Shown: one piece after another, positions 32,962-40,726 of the stretch
Layout: the number at the start of each line of letters is the position of its first letter
Numbering within the stretch: position 1 is the stretch's first letter
Source: Bacillota bacterium
GTDB taxonomy: Bacteria > Bacillota > Dehalobacteriia > UBA4068 > UBA4997
NCBI GenBank assembly: GCA_017397935.1
Contig: JAFQHN010000015.1
Coordinates: 2,746-66,745 of the forward strand
DNA length: 64,000 nucleotides
Direction of reading: 5' to 3'
Notes under the pieces: model-generated
Databases searched by the model: none
Told to the model about the DNA's origin: nothing
The model's input: the letters and a program-made list of their open reading frames with translations, nothing else
Program-made: the position numbers and the translations under genes

Positions 32962-33325
32962 TCTGCTTTATCCTCCCACCCAAATTTCTGCCATAAAGCA
33001 CAAATATTCAACTTTATAAAATTCTCCGCCTAATTGCTTTTCCCTGCCGTTATTTACAGTATAAAATATAAAAATAGCATTTAATATCACACAGATTATT
33101 TTTACGCAAAATTATCGCCATTTTCCATCAAAACAGTTTTATTATAGCATATCGGCCCGGACTTGCCAATAAAAAAGCATATAGTGTTTTGTACTGCCAT
33201 CTTCCACACCTTTTTATATAAAGAATATAAATTATTGCAGGTTTTTTGCCCATAAATGCAGAAATACAATATATGCCAATAATAGCCTTAAACAGGCAGC
33301 AATAATATCAAAGGAGCGAGAAATA

Positions 33326-34006
33326 ATGGAAGCATACAAACAAGAGTTTATTGAATTTATGGTTGAGTGCGATGTTCTGAAATTTGGTGAATTTACCCTG
33401 AAAAGCGGCCGCAAATCGCCGTTTTTTATGAACGCCGGCGGTTATGTTACCGGTTATCAGCTTAAAAAACTGGGCGAATATTACGCCAAAGCCATCCATG
33501 ACAAATACGGTGATGATTTCGATGTTCTGTTCGGCCCTGCCTACAAGGGTATCCCGATTGCGGTGGTAACTGCGCTGGCATACAGCGAGCTTTACGGCAA
33601 AGAGATTCGTTATTGCTCTGACCGCAAAGAAGAAAAAGACCATGGCGCCGATAAGGGCAGCTTCCTGGGCAGCACCTTACAGGACGGTGACCGTGTAATT
33701 ATGATTGAGGACGTAACCACCTCCGGCAAATCTATGGAAGAAACCGTACCCAAGGTAAAAGGCGCTGCCGATGTTACCATTGTCGGCCTGATGGTTTCTC
33801 TGGACCGTATGGAGGTTGGCAAGGGCGGCGAAAAATGCGCTCTGGATGAGGTTAAAGACCTGTACGGCTTTGATACCAACGCCATCGTAACCATGGGCGA
33901 GGTTACCGAACATCTTTATAATAAGGAATGTAACGGCAGGGTGGTTATTGATGACACCATTAAAGCCGCCATTGATGCCTACTATGAGCAGTACGGCGCC
34001 AAATAA
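33326..34006 (+). CDS. pyrE: Orotate phosphoribosyltransferase
   Basis: PRPP-binding motif VIMIEDVTTSG; OPRTase N-terminus. Confidence 0.9.
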   Translation: MEAYKQEFIEFMVECDVLKFGEFTLKSGRKSPFFMNAGGYVTGYQLKKLGEYYAKAIHDKYGDDFDVLFGPAYKGIPIAVVTALAYSELYGKEIRYCSDRKEEKDHGADKGSFLGSTLQDGDRVIMIEDVTTSGKSMEETVPKVKGAADVTIVGLMVSLDRMEVGKGGEKCALDEVKDLYGFDTNAIVTMGEVTEHLYNKECNGRVVIDDTIKAAIDAYYEQYGAK

Positions 34007-34018
34007 ATTGTTAACAGC

Positions 34019-34045
34019 ATAATAATAAATAATAATAATAATAAT
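34019..34045. repeat. Trinucleotide microsatellite (AAT)3-A-(AAT)5
   Basis: ataataataaataataataataataat read directly after pyrE stop. Confidence 0.8.
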
Positions 34046-34085
34046 CGGAGTACACAGTTGGCCGTGCGCTCCGGTTATTTTTTTG
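34046..34085 (+). terminator. Weak terminator candidate after pyrE (CGGAG…CTCCG stem plus TTATTTTTTT)
   Basis: Short stem, long loop, strong T-run. Confidence 0.35.
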
Positions 34086-34141
34086 CCTATTCTGTTTGTT
34101 ATCTGGCCTGCTGCCGGTACATTTCCACCGTAACAAGCCTT

Positions 34142-35089
34142 CTATAATTCCGGCAGCATCTGCACCAAAAGCTCCTTATCCTCCTGCTGACTGACGATGA
34201 TACGGGGCGGATTCGCCAATGCCCACTCCGGATCCACTGTCGCCAGCACCGCATATCGCTCATAGAATTTCGCCGCTTGCTCAAAAAGCACACTCTCTGC
34301 CCGCTGCCGAGCTTCCACCGCCTGCTCCATAGTATCAAAACTTCCCAACTCAAATGTCCGCTTCTGAAAAGTTATCTTTGCAACATACCGTCCGCGTATC
34401 AAATACACTCCACGCGTTCCGGTAGTGCTGTTCTTGGGCACCTTACGGCTGCGTATCCTTTCCAAAGAGGTTCCGTCTACATGCGTCAGGTAAGTATGCA
34501 AACTTTGTTCATGTTCCCTCTTGCGGCATCCACAGCTCTGCATAGCACTATACATCAGGTTATTATAACTGACATCTGCTTCATTCCCACAATCACAAAC
34601 GCAGTGCCATATTACTGATCCTCGCTCACCTCGCTTATCTGTTGCAAAAAGTGCCGTCAGCCGTCCAAACCTCTGCCCGGTAATATCCGTATGCGCATAG
34701 TGTCCACCATGCACCTTAGACGCACAATGAGTCCGTTTGCCGGTCAGCAGCAGCGTAGCCGGCACCTCATACTCCCCACCGCAGGCACACCGGCAACGCC
34801 ACCAGACCCCACCGTTTCTATCCTGTCGCTCTGCCCGGCTAAGCACTGTCAATTCTCCGAAAACCTGTCCGGTCAGTTCACGTGTATTTACCGCTGCAAC
34901 ATTATCCCGCCGCAGGCAGCCGCAGCTAAGTGAGCCTCCATACAGCAAACTACGCTCCAATACCGCACGCTCGGTACCACATTCACAGCGGCACCACCAT
35001 TTCCGTTCGCCCTTATCTGTCAAAATGCTGTCATCCAGCACTGTCCACCGTCCAAAGGTCTTACCTTTCAAATCATGCTTTGCCGCCAC
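34142..35089 (-). CDS. Protein with three tandem Cys-rich zinc-ribbon-like repeats and a C-terminal AP2-like DNA-binding domain (315 aa)
   Basis: Repeats at aa ~9-60, ~73-130, ~139-195 share G-x-x-FG-x-(L/W)T-(V/A)L…W-(W/H)-C-x-C-x-CG-x-E…(S/H)C(G/A)(C/S); C-terminus …TTGTRGVYLIRGRYVAKITFQKRTFELGSFDTMEQAVEARQRAE resembles AP2/HNH-associated DNA-binding domain. GTG start, weak RBS. Confidence 0.6.
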   Translation of the reverse strand: MAAKHDLKGKTFGRWTVLDDSILTDKGERKWWCRCECGTERAVLERSLLYGGSLSCGCLRRDNVAAVNTRELTGQVFGELTVLSRAERQDRNGGVWWRCRCACGGEYEVPATLLLTGKRTHCASKVHGGHYAHTDITGQRFGRLTALFATDKRGERGSVIWHCVCDCGNEADVSYNNLMYSAMQSCGCRKREHEQSLHTYLTHVDGTSLERIRSRKVPKNSTTGTRGVYLIRGRYVAKITFQKRTFELGSFDTMEQAVEARQRAESVLFEQAAKFYERYAVLATVDPEWALANPPRIIVSQQEDKELLVQMLPEL

Positions 35090-35195
35090 TAAACATCACC
35101 GCCTGTCGGTACGGCCTTATAATCTGCCAATCGTTTATTTCTGTACTGCAATCACAGTTATGATTTTGCTCTGCCGGGTGTGTCGCAGCTTTTTG

Positions 35196-35215
35196 TGACA
35201 TAATTCATATTATGT
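35196..35215. repeat. Inverted repeat, left arm (tgacataattcatattatgt); perfect reverse complement of 35459-35478
   Basis: Read directly; each arm is itself an imperfect palindrome (acataat-N-attatgt) with an asymmetric core that is inverted between the two copies. Confidence 0.9.
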
Positions 35216-35380
35216 TGTATTTTTATATCATAGCCCAAAACCCGACCGATTTTTGAACATACCAAAACACACCCTCCTAACAATTACTTAAAAAATTGTC
35301 CAGAGGGTGTTATTGTGCTGCCTGCCTATAAGAGTGCAGTCATAAGAGAACATAAAATATGCTTATGCTTATATTATAAG

Positions 35381-35409
35381 TTGATTTTTTTTGCTATGCT
35401 TGCTACAAT
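35381..35409 (+). promoter_or_regulatory. Sigma-70-like promoter inside the IR-bounded segment (TTGATT-17 bp-TACAAT), currently pointing away from the AP2-like gene and into the 3' end of the recombinase gene
   Basis: -35 TTGATT 35381-35386, 17-bp spacer containing T8 tract, -10 TACAAT 35404-35409. Confidence 0.5.
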
Positions 35410-35458
35410 AGAGATGGTTAAAACTCGATAAACATACATACTGATAGTGTGCACCTTG

Positions 35459-35478
35459 ACATAATATGAATTATGTCA
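35459..35478. repeat. Inverted repeat, right arm (acataatatgaattatgtca); 15 bp from recombinase stop codon
   Basis: Exact reverse complement of 35196-35215. Confidence 0.9.
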
Positions 35479-35493
35479 TGATTTTTTTGCTGC

Positions 35494-36333
35494 CTATATC
35501 ACCAATCCCAGGCGCTCAATTTTTCTGCGGTGCTCCACGCCGGTGGTCATAATATAAATGCGGGTGGTGTTAATGCTGCTGTGCCCCAAAATATCGGCCA
35601 GCTTGGCAATATCCTTTTCGATACCGTAGAAGGTGCGGGCAAACAGTTTGCGCAGGTTGTGCGGAAATACCTTGCCGGCCTCAACACCGGCTTGCTCGCA
35701 CAAAGCCTTCATCTGCGCCCAGATACGGCTTCTGTTCAAGGGTTTTCCGCTTCGGGTGAGAAATATCACGCCGGAGCGGATTTTTTCTTTTCGGGCATAA
35801 TCCAACAGCAGCTTTCTAAGTTTTCCCGGTATCAAGACGGTTCGGGTTTTGCCTTTACAGTTAACCGTCACCTCACCGCGGGCCACATTTTCCACCGTGA
35901 AACAGCGCAGTTCTGAAACACGAATGCCCGTACCGCAAATCGTTTTCATCACCAGTTGCAGCTGCGGTTTTCTTTTGGCTGCGTCCAGCAAGCGCATATA
36001 TTCCGCCTTGGTCAGCTCCTGTTCCTCAGCACAATATACCTGCTTCTGCTGTTTAATAGCTTTTACCCTGCAATCCGCCCAGCCGAGAAAGTCCAGCAGA
36101 CTATTCAAGCTGGCCAGCATGGAGTTGATTGAACGCACCGCATACTCTCTCATCTGCAAATACTTTTTGTAGGCCATCACTATCTCCTTCGTAACAACCT
36201 CATTACCAACATAAACTACAAAAGCACGGACATCACGGAGATATTTCTCCACAGTTGCCGTGCTTTTTTCTTCCCTTATTAAATATTGGCGATATGATAA
36301 AATCTGGTTTTGTGTGATTTTCCTTTCTTCCAT
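35494..36333 (-). CDS. Tyrosine-type site-specific recombinase (phage-integrase/XerC-D family, 279 aa, no N-terminal arm-binding domain)
   Basis: Catalytic-domain signature R…HxLR…(H/Y)…Y: …TGIRVSEL…, …HNLRKLFA…, …GHSSINTTRIY…. Confidence 0.85.
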   Translation of the reverse strand: MEERKITQNQILSYRQYLIREEKSTATVEKYLRDVRAFVVYVGNEVVTKEIVMAYKKYLQMREYAVRSINSMLASLNSLLDFLGWADCRVKAIKQQKQVYCAEEQELTKAEYMRLLDAAKRKPQLQLVMKTICGTGIRVSELRCFTVENVARGEVTVNCKGKTRTVLIPGKLRKLLLDYARKEKIRSGVIFLTRSGKPLNRSRIWAQMKALCEQAGVEAGKVFPHNLRKLFARTFYGIEKDIAKLADILGHSSINTTRIYIMTTGVEHRRKIERLGLVI

Positions 36334-36457
36334 TTTGGGTACCCTCCTGATGGTTATAAGCTGATTTGTGTTGTATCATTATTGTACCCATTTTCCAAAT
36401 AAAATTTGCTGCAAATCACCAAAAAGCAGTTTTTTAGCTGTTTGTGGCATAAAAAAA

Positions 36458-36493
36458 CACCCTGTTCTCATTACAAACAGGGTGCTTTTATTC
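36458..36493 (-). terminator. Terminator downstream of tRNA-Thr (GCACCCTGTT/AACAGGGTG hairpin plus T-run on minus strand; also hairpin plus U-rich on plus strand)
   Basis: aacaccctgttctcattacaaacagggtgc flanked by A7 and TTTTATT. Confidence 0.6.
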
Positions 36494-36569
36494 TGGAGCT
36501 GGAGACGTGACTTGAACACGCGACCTGCTGATTACGAATCAGCTGCTCTACCAACTGAGCTACACCAGC
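36494..36569 (-). tRNA. tRNA-Thr (anticodon CGU)
   Basis: Minus strand GCTGGTGTAGCTCAGTTGGTAGAGCAGCTGATTCGTAATCAGCAGGTCGCGTGTTCAAGTCACGTCTCCAGCTCCA; anticodon loop TTCGTAA; one U-U mismatch in acceptor stem. Confidence 0.8.
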
Positions 36570-36656
36570 AAGACGGCCTTGATATTGTTATCAAAACCGA
36601 CTATGACATTTTAACATAAATTTACTTTATCTGCAAGACCTTGCTCAAAATTTATT

Positions 36657-38354
36657 TTATTCCCGGGCAGGCGTATTGTTACTCTCCACCACCATATCAT
36701 CAAGGCCATGGCCGCTTAAAACCATCGGGTAAACCATTTCCTCCTTGGGGATAATACATTCCACCAGCGTCAGCCGCCCGTTTGCCAGCGCATCTGCCAG
36801 CACGGCATCAATGTCTTGCGGATTTTCCAGACGGTAATAGGCCATATCATAGGCCTCGGCAATTTTCTCAAAGTTCGGGTTGCCTTCCAAATCAATGCCA
36901 AAATAATTGTTATCCACATAATATTTTTGCAGCTGGCGTACCATGCCCAAATTGCTGTTGTTGGAGAGGATAACCTTAATCGGCAGATTATGCGCCTTGG
37001 CCGTGGCCAGTTCATTCATCGTCATCTGGAAGCTGCCGTCGCCGGTAACGCAGACCACCAATTCATCGGGTGCAGCCAACTGTGCACCCACCGCCGAGGG
37101 AAGACCGTAGCCCATGGTGCCCAAACCGCCGCTGCTGATAAACCCACGCCTGCGATGAGAATTAAAAAACTGTGCCGCTACCATTTGGTGCTGGCCAACG
37201 TCGGTGGTGACAACTACCTTGCCGCGGGTGAGGCTGTTCAGCCTGCCAATAACATCACGGAACCGTAAACTGTCAGTTATCTCTCCGTAAGCGTCGCTGG
37301 TCAGCGGACGCCAGCTTTCAATGCGGGCCCGCCATGCCTCATGCTCGGCCGGCTGCAAAAATTCCAGCATATCCCGGATAATTGCCGCTGCATCACCAAC
37401 GATCGGTACATCGCTGGGCACATTCTTGCCGATTTCCGCCGGGTCAACATCCACATGGATAATGGTCGCCTCCTGCGCAAACTTAGCCACATTAGCCGTT
37501 ACGCGGTCATCAAAACGCGCACCAATGGCCAGCAGCACATCACACTCCGTCACCGCCAGGTTGGCAGCCGGCGCACCGTGAATACCCAGCATACCGATGA
37601 AATAACCGTCACGGAAGGGATAAGCAGACTTGCCCATAAGTGTTACCGCCACCGGTGCATCTAAACGGTGGGCCAGCTCATGCAGCAGCTCCTCGGCGCC
37701 GGCACTTACCACACCGCCGCCGGCATAGATAAGCGGCTTTTTGGCCTCTTGCAGCACCTTGCAGGCGTTTTTGATCTTCAATTTATGCCCCTTAAAGGTC
37801 GGCTTATAACCTGGCAGATTGATGGTACCGGGGATTTCCGCCGTACACTCCATGTCGCTGATGTTTTTGGGCACATCAATCAACACGGGGCCGGGGCGGC
37901 CGGTGGTGGCCAGATAAAAGGCCTCTTTAATAACCTGCGGCAGCTCGTTTACATCCGTCACCAAATAGCTGTGCTTGACAATGGGGCGGGTAATGCCGGT
38001 AATGTCGATCTCCTGGAAGGCATCGGTGCCGATCATCGTGCTGGCAACCTGCCCCGTAATGGCAATAACCGGCAGAGAATCCATATAAGCAGTCGCCAGA
38101 CCCGTCACCAGGTTGGTTGCACCGGGGCCGGAGGTAGCAATACAAACGCCGGCCTTGCCGCTGACTCTGGCATAACCGCTGGCCGCATGGGTAGCACCCT
38201 GCTCAGTACGCGTAAGCACATTTTTTATTTGCTTGGAGTTTCGCAGAGCCTCAAAAATTCCCAGCACAGCGCCGCCCGGATAACTGAAAACTGTATCACA
38301 GCCGGCCTCCTCCAAACAGGCAATAATTGCCTCTGCACCATTCATTTTAGCCAT
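36657..38354 (-). CDS. ilvB: Acetolactate synthase large (catalytic) subunit
   Basis: ThDP-enzyme domains, GDGSFQM ThDP motif, 565 aa. Confidence 0.9.
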   Translation of the reverse strand: MAKMNGAEAIIACLEEAGCDTVFSYPGGAVLGIFEALRNSKQIKNVLTRTEQGATHAASGYARVSGKAGVCIATSGPGATNLVTGLATAYMDSLPVIAITGQVASTMIGTDAFQEIDITGITRPIVKHSYLVTDVNELPQVIKEAFYLATTGRPGPVLIDVPKNISDMECTAEIPGTINLPGYKPTFKGHKLKIKNACKVLQEAKKPLIYAGGGVVSAGAEELLHELAHRLDAPVAVTLMGKSAYPFRDGYFIGMLGIHGAPAANLAVTECDVLLAIGARFDDRVTANVAKFAQEATIIHVDVDPAEIGKNVPSDVPIVGDAAAIIRDMLEFLQPAEHEAWRARIESWRPLTSDAYGEITDSLRFRDVIGRLNSLTRGKVVVTTDVGQHQMVAAQFFNSHRRRGFISSGGLGTMGYGLPSAVGAQLAAPDELVVCVTGDGSFQMTMNELATAKAHNLPIKVILSNNSNLGMVRQLQKYYVDNNYFGIDLEGNPNFEKIAEAYDMAYYRLENPQDIDAVLADALANGRLTLVECIIPKEEMVYPMVLSGHGLDDMVVESNNTPARE

Positions 38355-38369
38355 TTCTGCTCACTCCCT

Positions 38370-38864
38370 TCAATCTTTTCTCGGTAATTTCTCGCCGCGG
38401 GTCATGGCGATAAGACCGGTTCTCTTCATTTCCTGGATACCAAAAGGACGGAAGGCCTCCTCAATGGCGGCCAGCTTGCTGTGTGTACCGGTGGCTTCGA
38501 TAACAAAGCTCTTGCGCTGAATATCCACAATTTTAATGCGGAAGATCTCACAAAGGTGCATAATTTCCAGTCTGTCCTCTTTGTTGGCCTGCACCCGCAG
38601 CATCAGCAGCTCTCTCCCCACAAACTCATCGTTGGTAACATCCTGAATTTTCAGCACCTCCACAATTTTGTAAAGCTGTTTGGTTACCTGCTCGATAACA
38701 CGGTCATCGCCCTCCACCACAATGGTCATGCTGGAAATCCCGGGAGTTTCGGTAGCGCCCACCGTCAGCGTGTCAATGTTGTAACCGCGGCGGCTGAAAA
38801 GACCTGCCACCCGCACCAGAACACCGGAATGGTCCTGTACCTGCACATTCAAGATATGTTTCAT
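38370..38864 (-). CDS. ilvN: Acetolactate synthase small (regulatory) subunit
   Basis: ACT domain N-terminus MKHILNVQVQDHSGVLVRVAGLFSRRGYNI…. Confidence 0.9.
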   Translation of the reverse strand: MKHILNVQVQDHSGVLVRVAGLFSRRGYNIDTLTVGATETPGISSMTIVVEGDDRVIEQVTKQLYKIVEVLKIQDVTNDEFVGRELLMLRVQANKEDRLEIMHLCEIFRIKIVDIQRKSFVIEATGTHSKLAAIEEAFRPFGIQEMKRTGLIAMTRGEKLPRKD

Positions 38865-38905
38865 ATTGACCTCCGTCCACCCAAAATTTTATTATCTAAA
38901 TTTTA

Positions 38906-40588
38906 TTATCTAACGGTTACTGCGCCGGTAGATGCCGAGGTTACGCGCTTGGCGTATTTGGCCAGATAACCCTTTTTAATCTTCGGCTCCGGCTGGTTCC
39001 AGGCAGCTTTGCGCTCGGCCAGCACTTCATCAGCCACCGCCAAATTCAAACGGCCCTCGTTAATGTCGATTTCAATGATGTCGCCATCCTCAACCAGACC
39101 AATCAGACCACCCTCGGCAGCCTCAGGCGAAACATGGCCAATGGCCGCACCGCGGGTCGCACCGGAGAAGCGGCCGTCAGTAATAAGTGCCACACACTCA
39201 CCCAGGCCCATGCCCTGAATTGCCGAGGTGGGAGTCAGCATCTCACGCATACCGGGGCCGCCCTTGGGGCCTTCATAACGGATAACCACCACATCACCGG
39301 CCTTGATCTGCCCGCCGGTAATTGCTTCAACTGCCTCTTCCTCGCCGTCAAACACACGGGCAGGGCCGCTGTGCACCATCATCTCGAGCGCTACGGCAGC
39401 ACGCTTAACCACCGCGCCGTCTACTGCCAGATTACCCTTCAAAATCTTCAAGCCACCCTTTTGGCTGTAAGCGGTTTCCTTGTTGCGGATAACATTACCG
39501 TCCAGCACACAGGCGCCCTTAATATTCTCACCCAGAGTTTTGCCGGTAACCGTCATAGCGGTGGTGTCCAGCAAATCCAGCTTGGCCAACTCAGCCATCA
39601 GCGCTCTCATGCCGCCTGCTGCGTGCAAATCTTCAATATGATGTTCACCGGCAGGAGCCAGCTTGCACAGGTGCGGAGTAACCTCGCTCAGCTCGTTGAT
39701 CATATCCAAATTCAGTTCAACGCCTGCTTCATGGGCGATGGCCGGCAAATGCAGTACCGTGTTGGTGGAACAGCCCATCGCCATATCAGCAATCAGAGCA
39801 TTCTTAAAGGCAGCCGCAGTCATAATATCATGCGGGCGAATATCCTCGGCCAGCAGCTGCATAACCTGCATACCTGCCTGCTTGGCCAAACGCAAACGGC
39901 CGCTGTCCACCGCAGCCACCGTGCCGTTACCGGCCAGGCCCATACCCAAAACCTCGGTCAGACAGTTCATGGAGTTGGCAGTAAACATACCAGAGCAAGA
40001 ACCGCAGGTGGGACAAGCGTGCTGTTCAATAGCCTCCAAAGCTGCGGCATCCAGTTTACCGGCCGCATAAGCACCGCTGGCCTCAAAATTAGAGTTCAAA
40101 TCCAGCACCTTGCCGTTCAGTTTGCCGGCCAGCATGGGGCCGCCGCTGACAAAAACACAGGGCAGATCCAGACGGGCTGCTGCCATCAGCATACCGGGTA
40201 CAACCTTATCACAGTTGGGAATAAACACCAGTGCGTCAAAAGCGTGTGCCAAGGCCATTGTCTCGGCCGAATCAGCAATCAACTCACGGCTGGCCAGAGA
40301 ATATTTCATACCAACGTGGCCCATGGCAATACCGTCACAAACTGCAATCGCCGGGAATTCCAGCGGAGTACCGCCGGCCAGACGCACACCGGCCTTTACA
40401 GCCTCGGTAACAGTGCGCAGGTGCATATGCCCGGGCACAACCTCATTAAAAGAGTTTACAATACCAATCAGCGGGCGCTCAATTTCCTCTTTGGTAAGGC
40501 CCAGCGCATACAGCAGAGAACGCTGCGGAGAACGCATATAACCTTCCTTCATAACTTTACTTTTGCAATCAATATTTTTTTCCGTCAT
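38906..40588 (-). CDS. ilvD: Dihydroxy-acid dehydratase
   Basis: IlvD/EDD family motifs ([19 protein letters not shown]); start MTEKNI after GGAGTGA RBS. Confidence 0.9.
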   Translation of the reverse strand: MTEKNIDCKSKVMKEGYMRSPQRSLLYALGLTKEEIERPLIGIVNSFNEVVPGHMHLRTVTEAVKAGVRLAGGTPLEFPAIAVCDGIAMGHVGMKYSLASRELIADSAETMALAHAFDALVFIPNCDKVVPGMLMAAARLDLPCVFVSGGPMLAGKLNGKVLDLNSNFEASGAYAAGKLDAAALEAIEQHACPTCGSCSGMFTANSMNCLTEVLGMGLAGNGTVAAVDSGRLRLAKQAGMQVMQLLAEDIRPHDIMTAAAFKNALIADMAMGCSTNTVLHLPAIAHEAGVELNLDMINELSEVTPHLCKLAPAGEHHIEDLHAAGGMRALMAELAKLDLLDTTAMTVTGKTLGENIKGACVLDGNVIRNKETAYSQKGGLKILKGNLAVDGAVVKRAAVALEMMVHSGPARVFDGEEEAVEAITGGQIKAGDVVVIRYEGPKGGPGMREMLTPTSAIQGMGLGECVALITDGRFSGATRGAAIGHVSPEAAEGGLIGLVEDGDIIEIDINEGRLNLAVADEVLAERKAAWNQPEPKIKKGYLAKYAKRVTSASTGAVTVR

Positions 40589-40660
40589 TTTTATCACTCC
40601 AAATATTATGCTGTATATAATATTTCAACAAAAAATATTAACCAATATTATAACATAAAA

Positions 40661-40691
40661 CGGCTGATAACACCAGCCGTTTTGTTAAATT
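40661..40691. terminator. Bidirectional terminator hairpin (AAAA-CGGCTG-ATAACAC-CAGCCG-TTTT)
   Basis: Perfect 6-bp stem flanked by A4 and T4; sits between the orphan gene 40727-41389 and ilvD. Confidence 0.5.
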
Positions 40692-40726
40692 TCACACAAT
40701 GATATTGTATACATTTTTAATCACAC

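Noticed and set aside
33000-33325. PyrR-binding attenuator upstream of pyrE
   Set aside because: No conserved PyrR binding loop or terminator/antiterminator pair is recognisable. The region appears to be plain AT-rich promoter DNA.
34010-36570. Intact prophage or ICE at tRNA-Thr
   Set aside because: Only a recombinase and one cargo gene are present. There are no capsid, terminase, replication or conjugation genes and no att direct repeat, so at most this is a remnant or invertase module.
40589-40726. T-box/leader-peptide attenuator upstream of ilvD
   Set aside because: There is too little space, and no T-box-like box or Leu/Ile/Val-rich leader ORF. Only a TATAAT-containing promoter region and the upstream bidirectional terminator are present.
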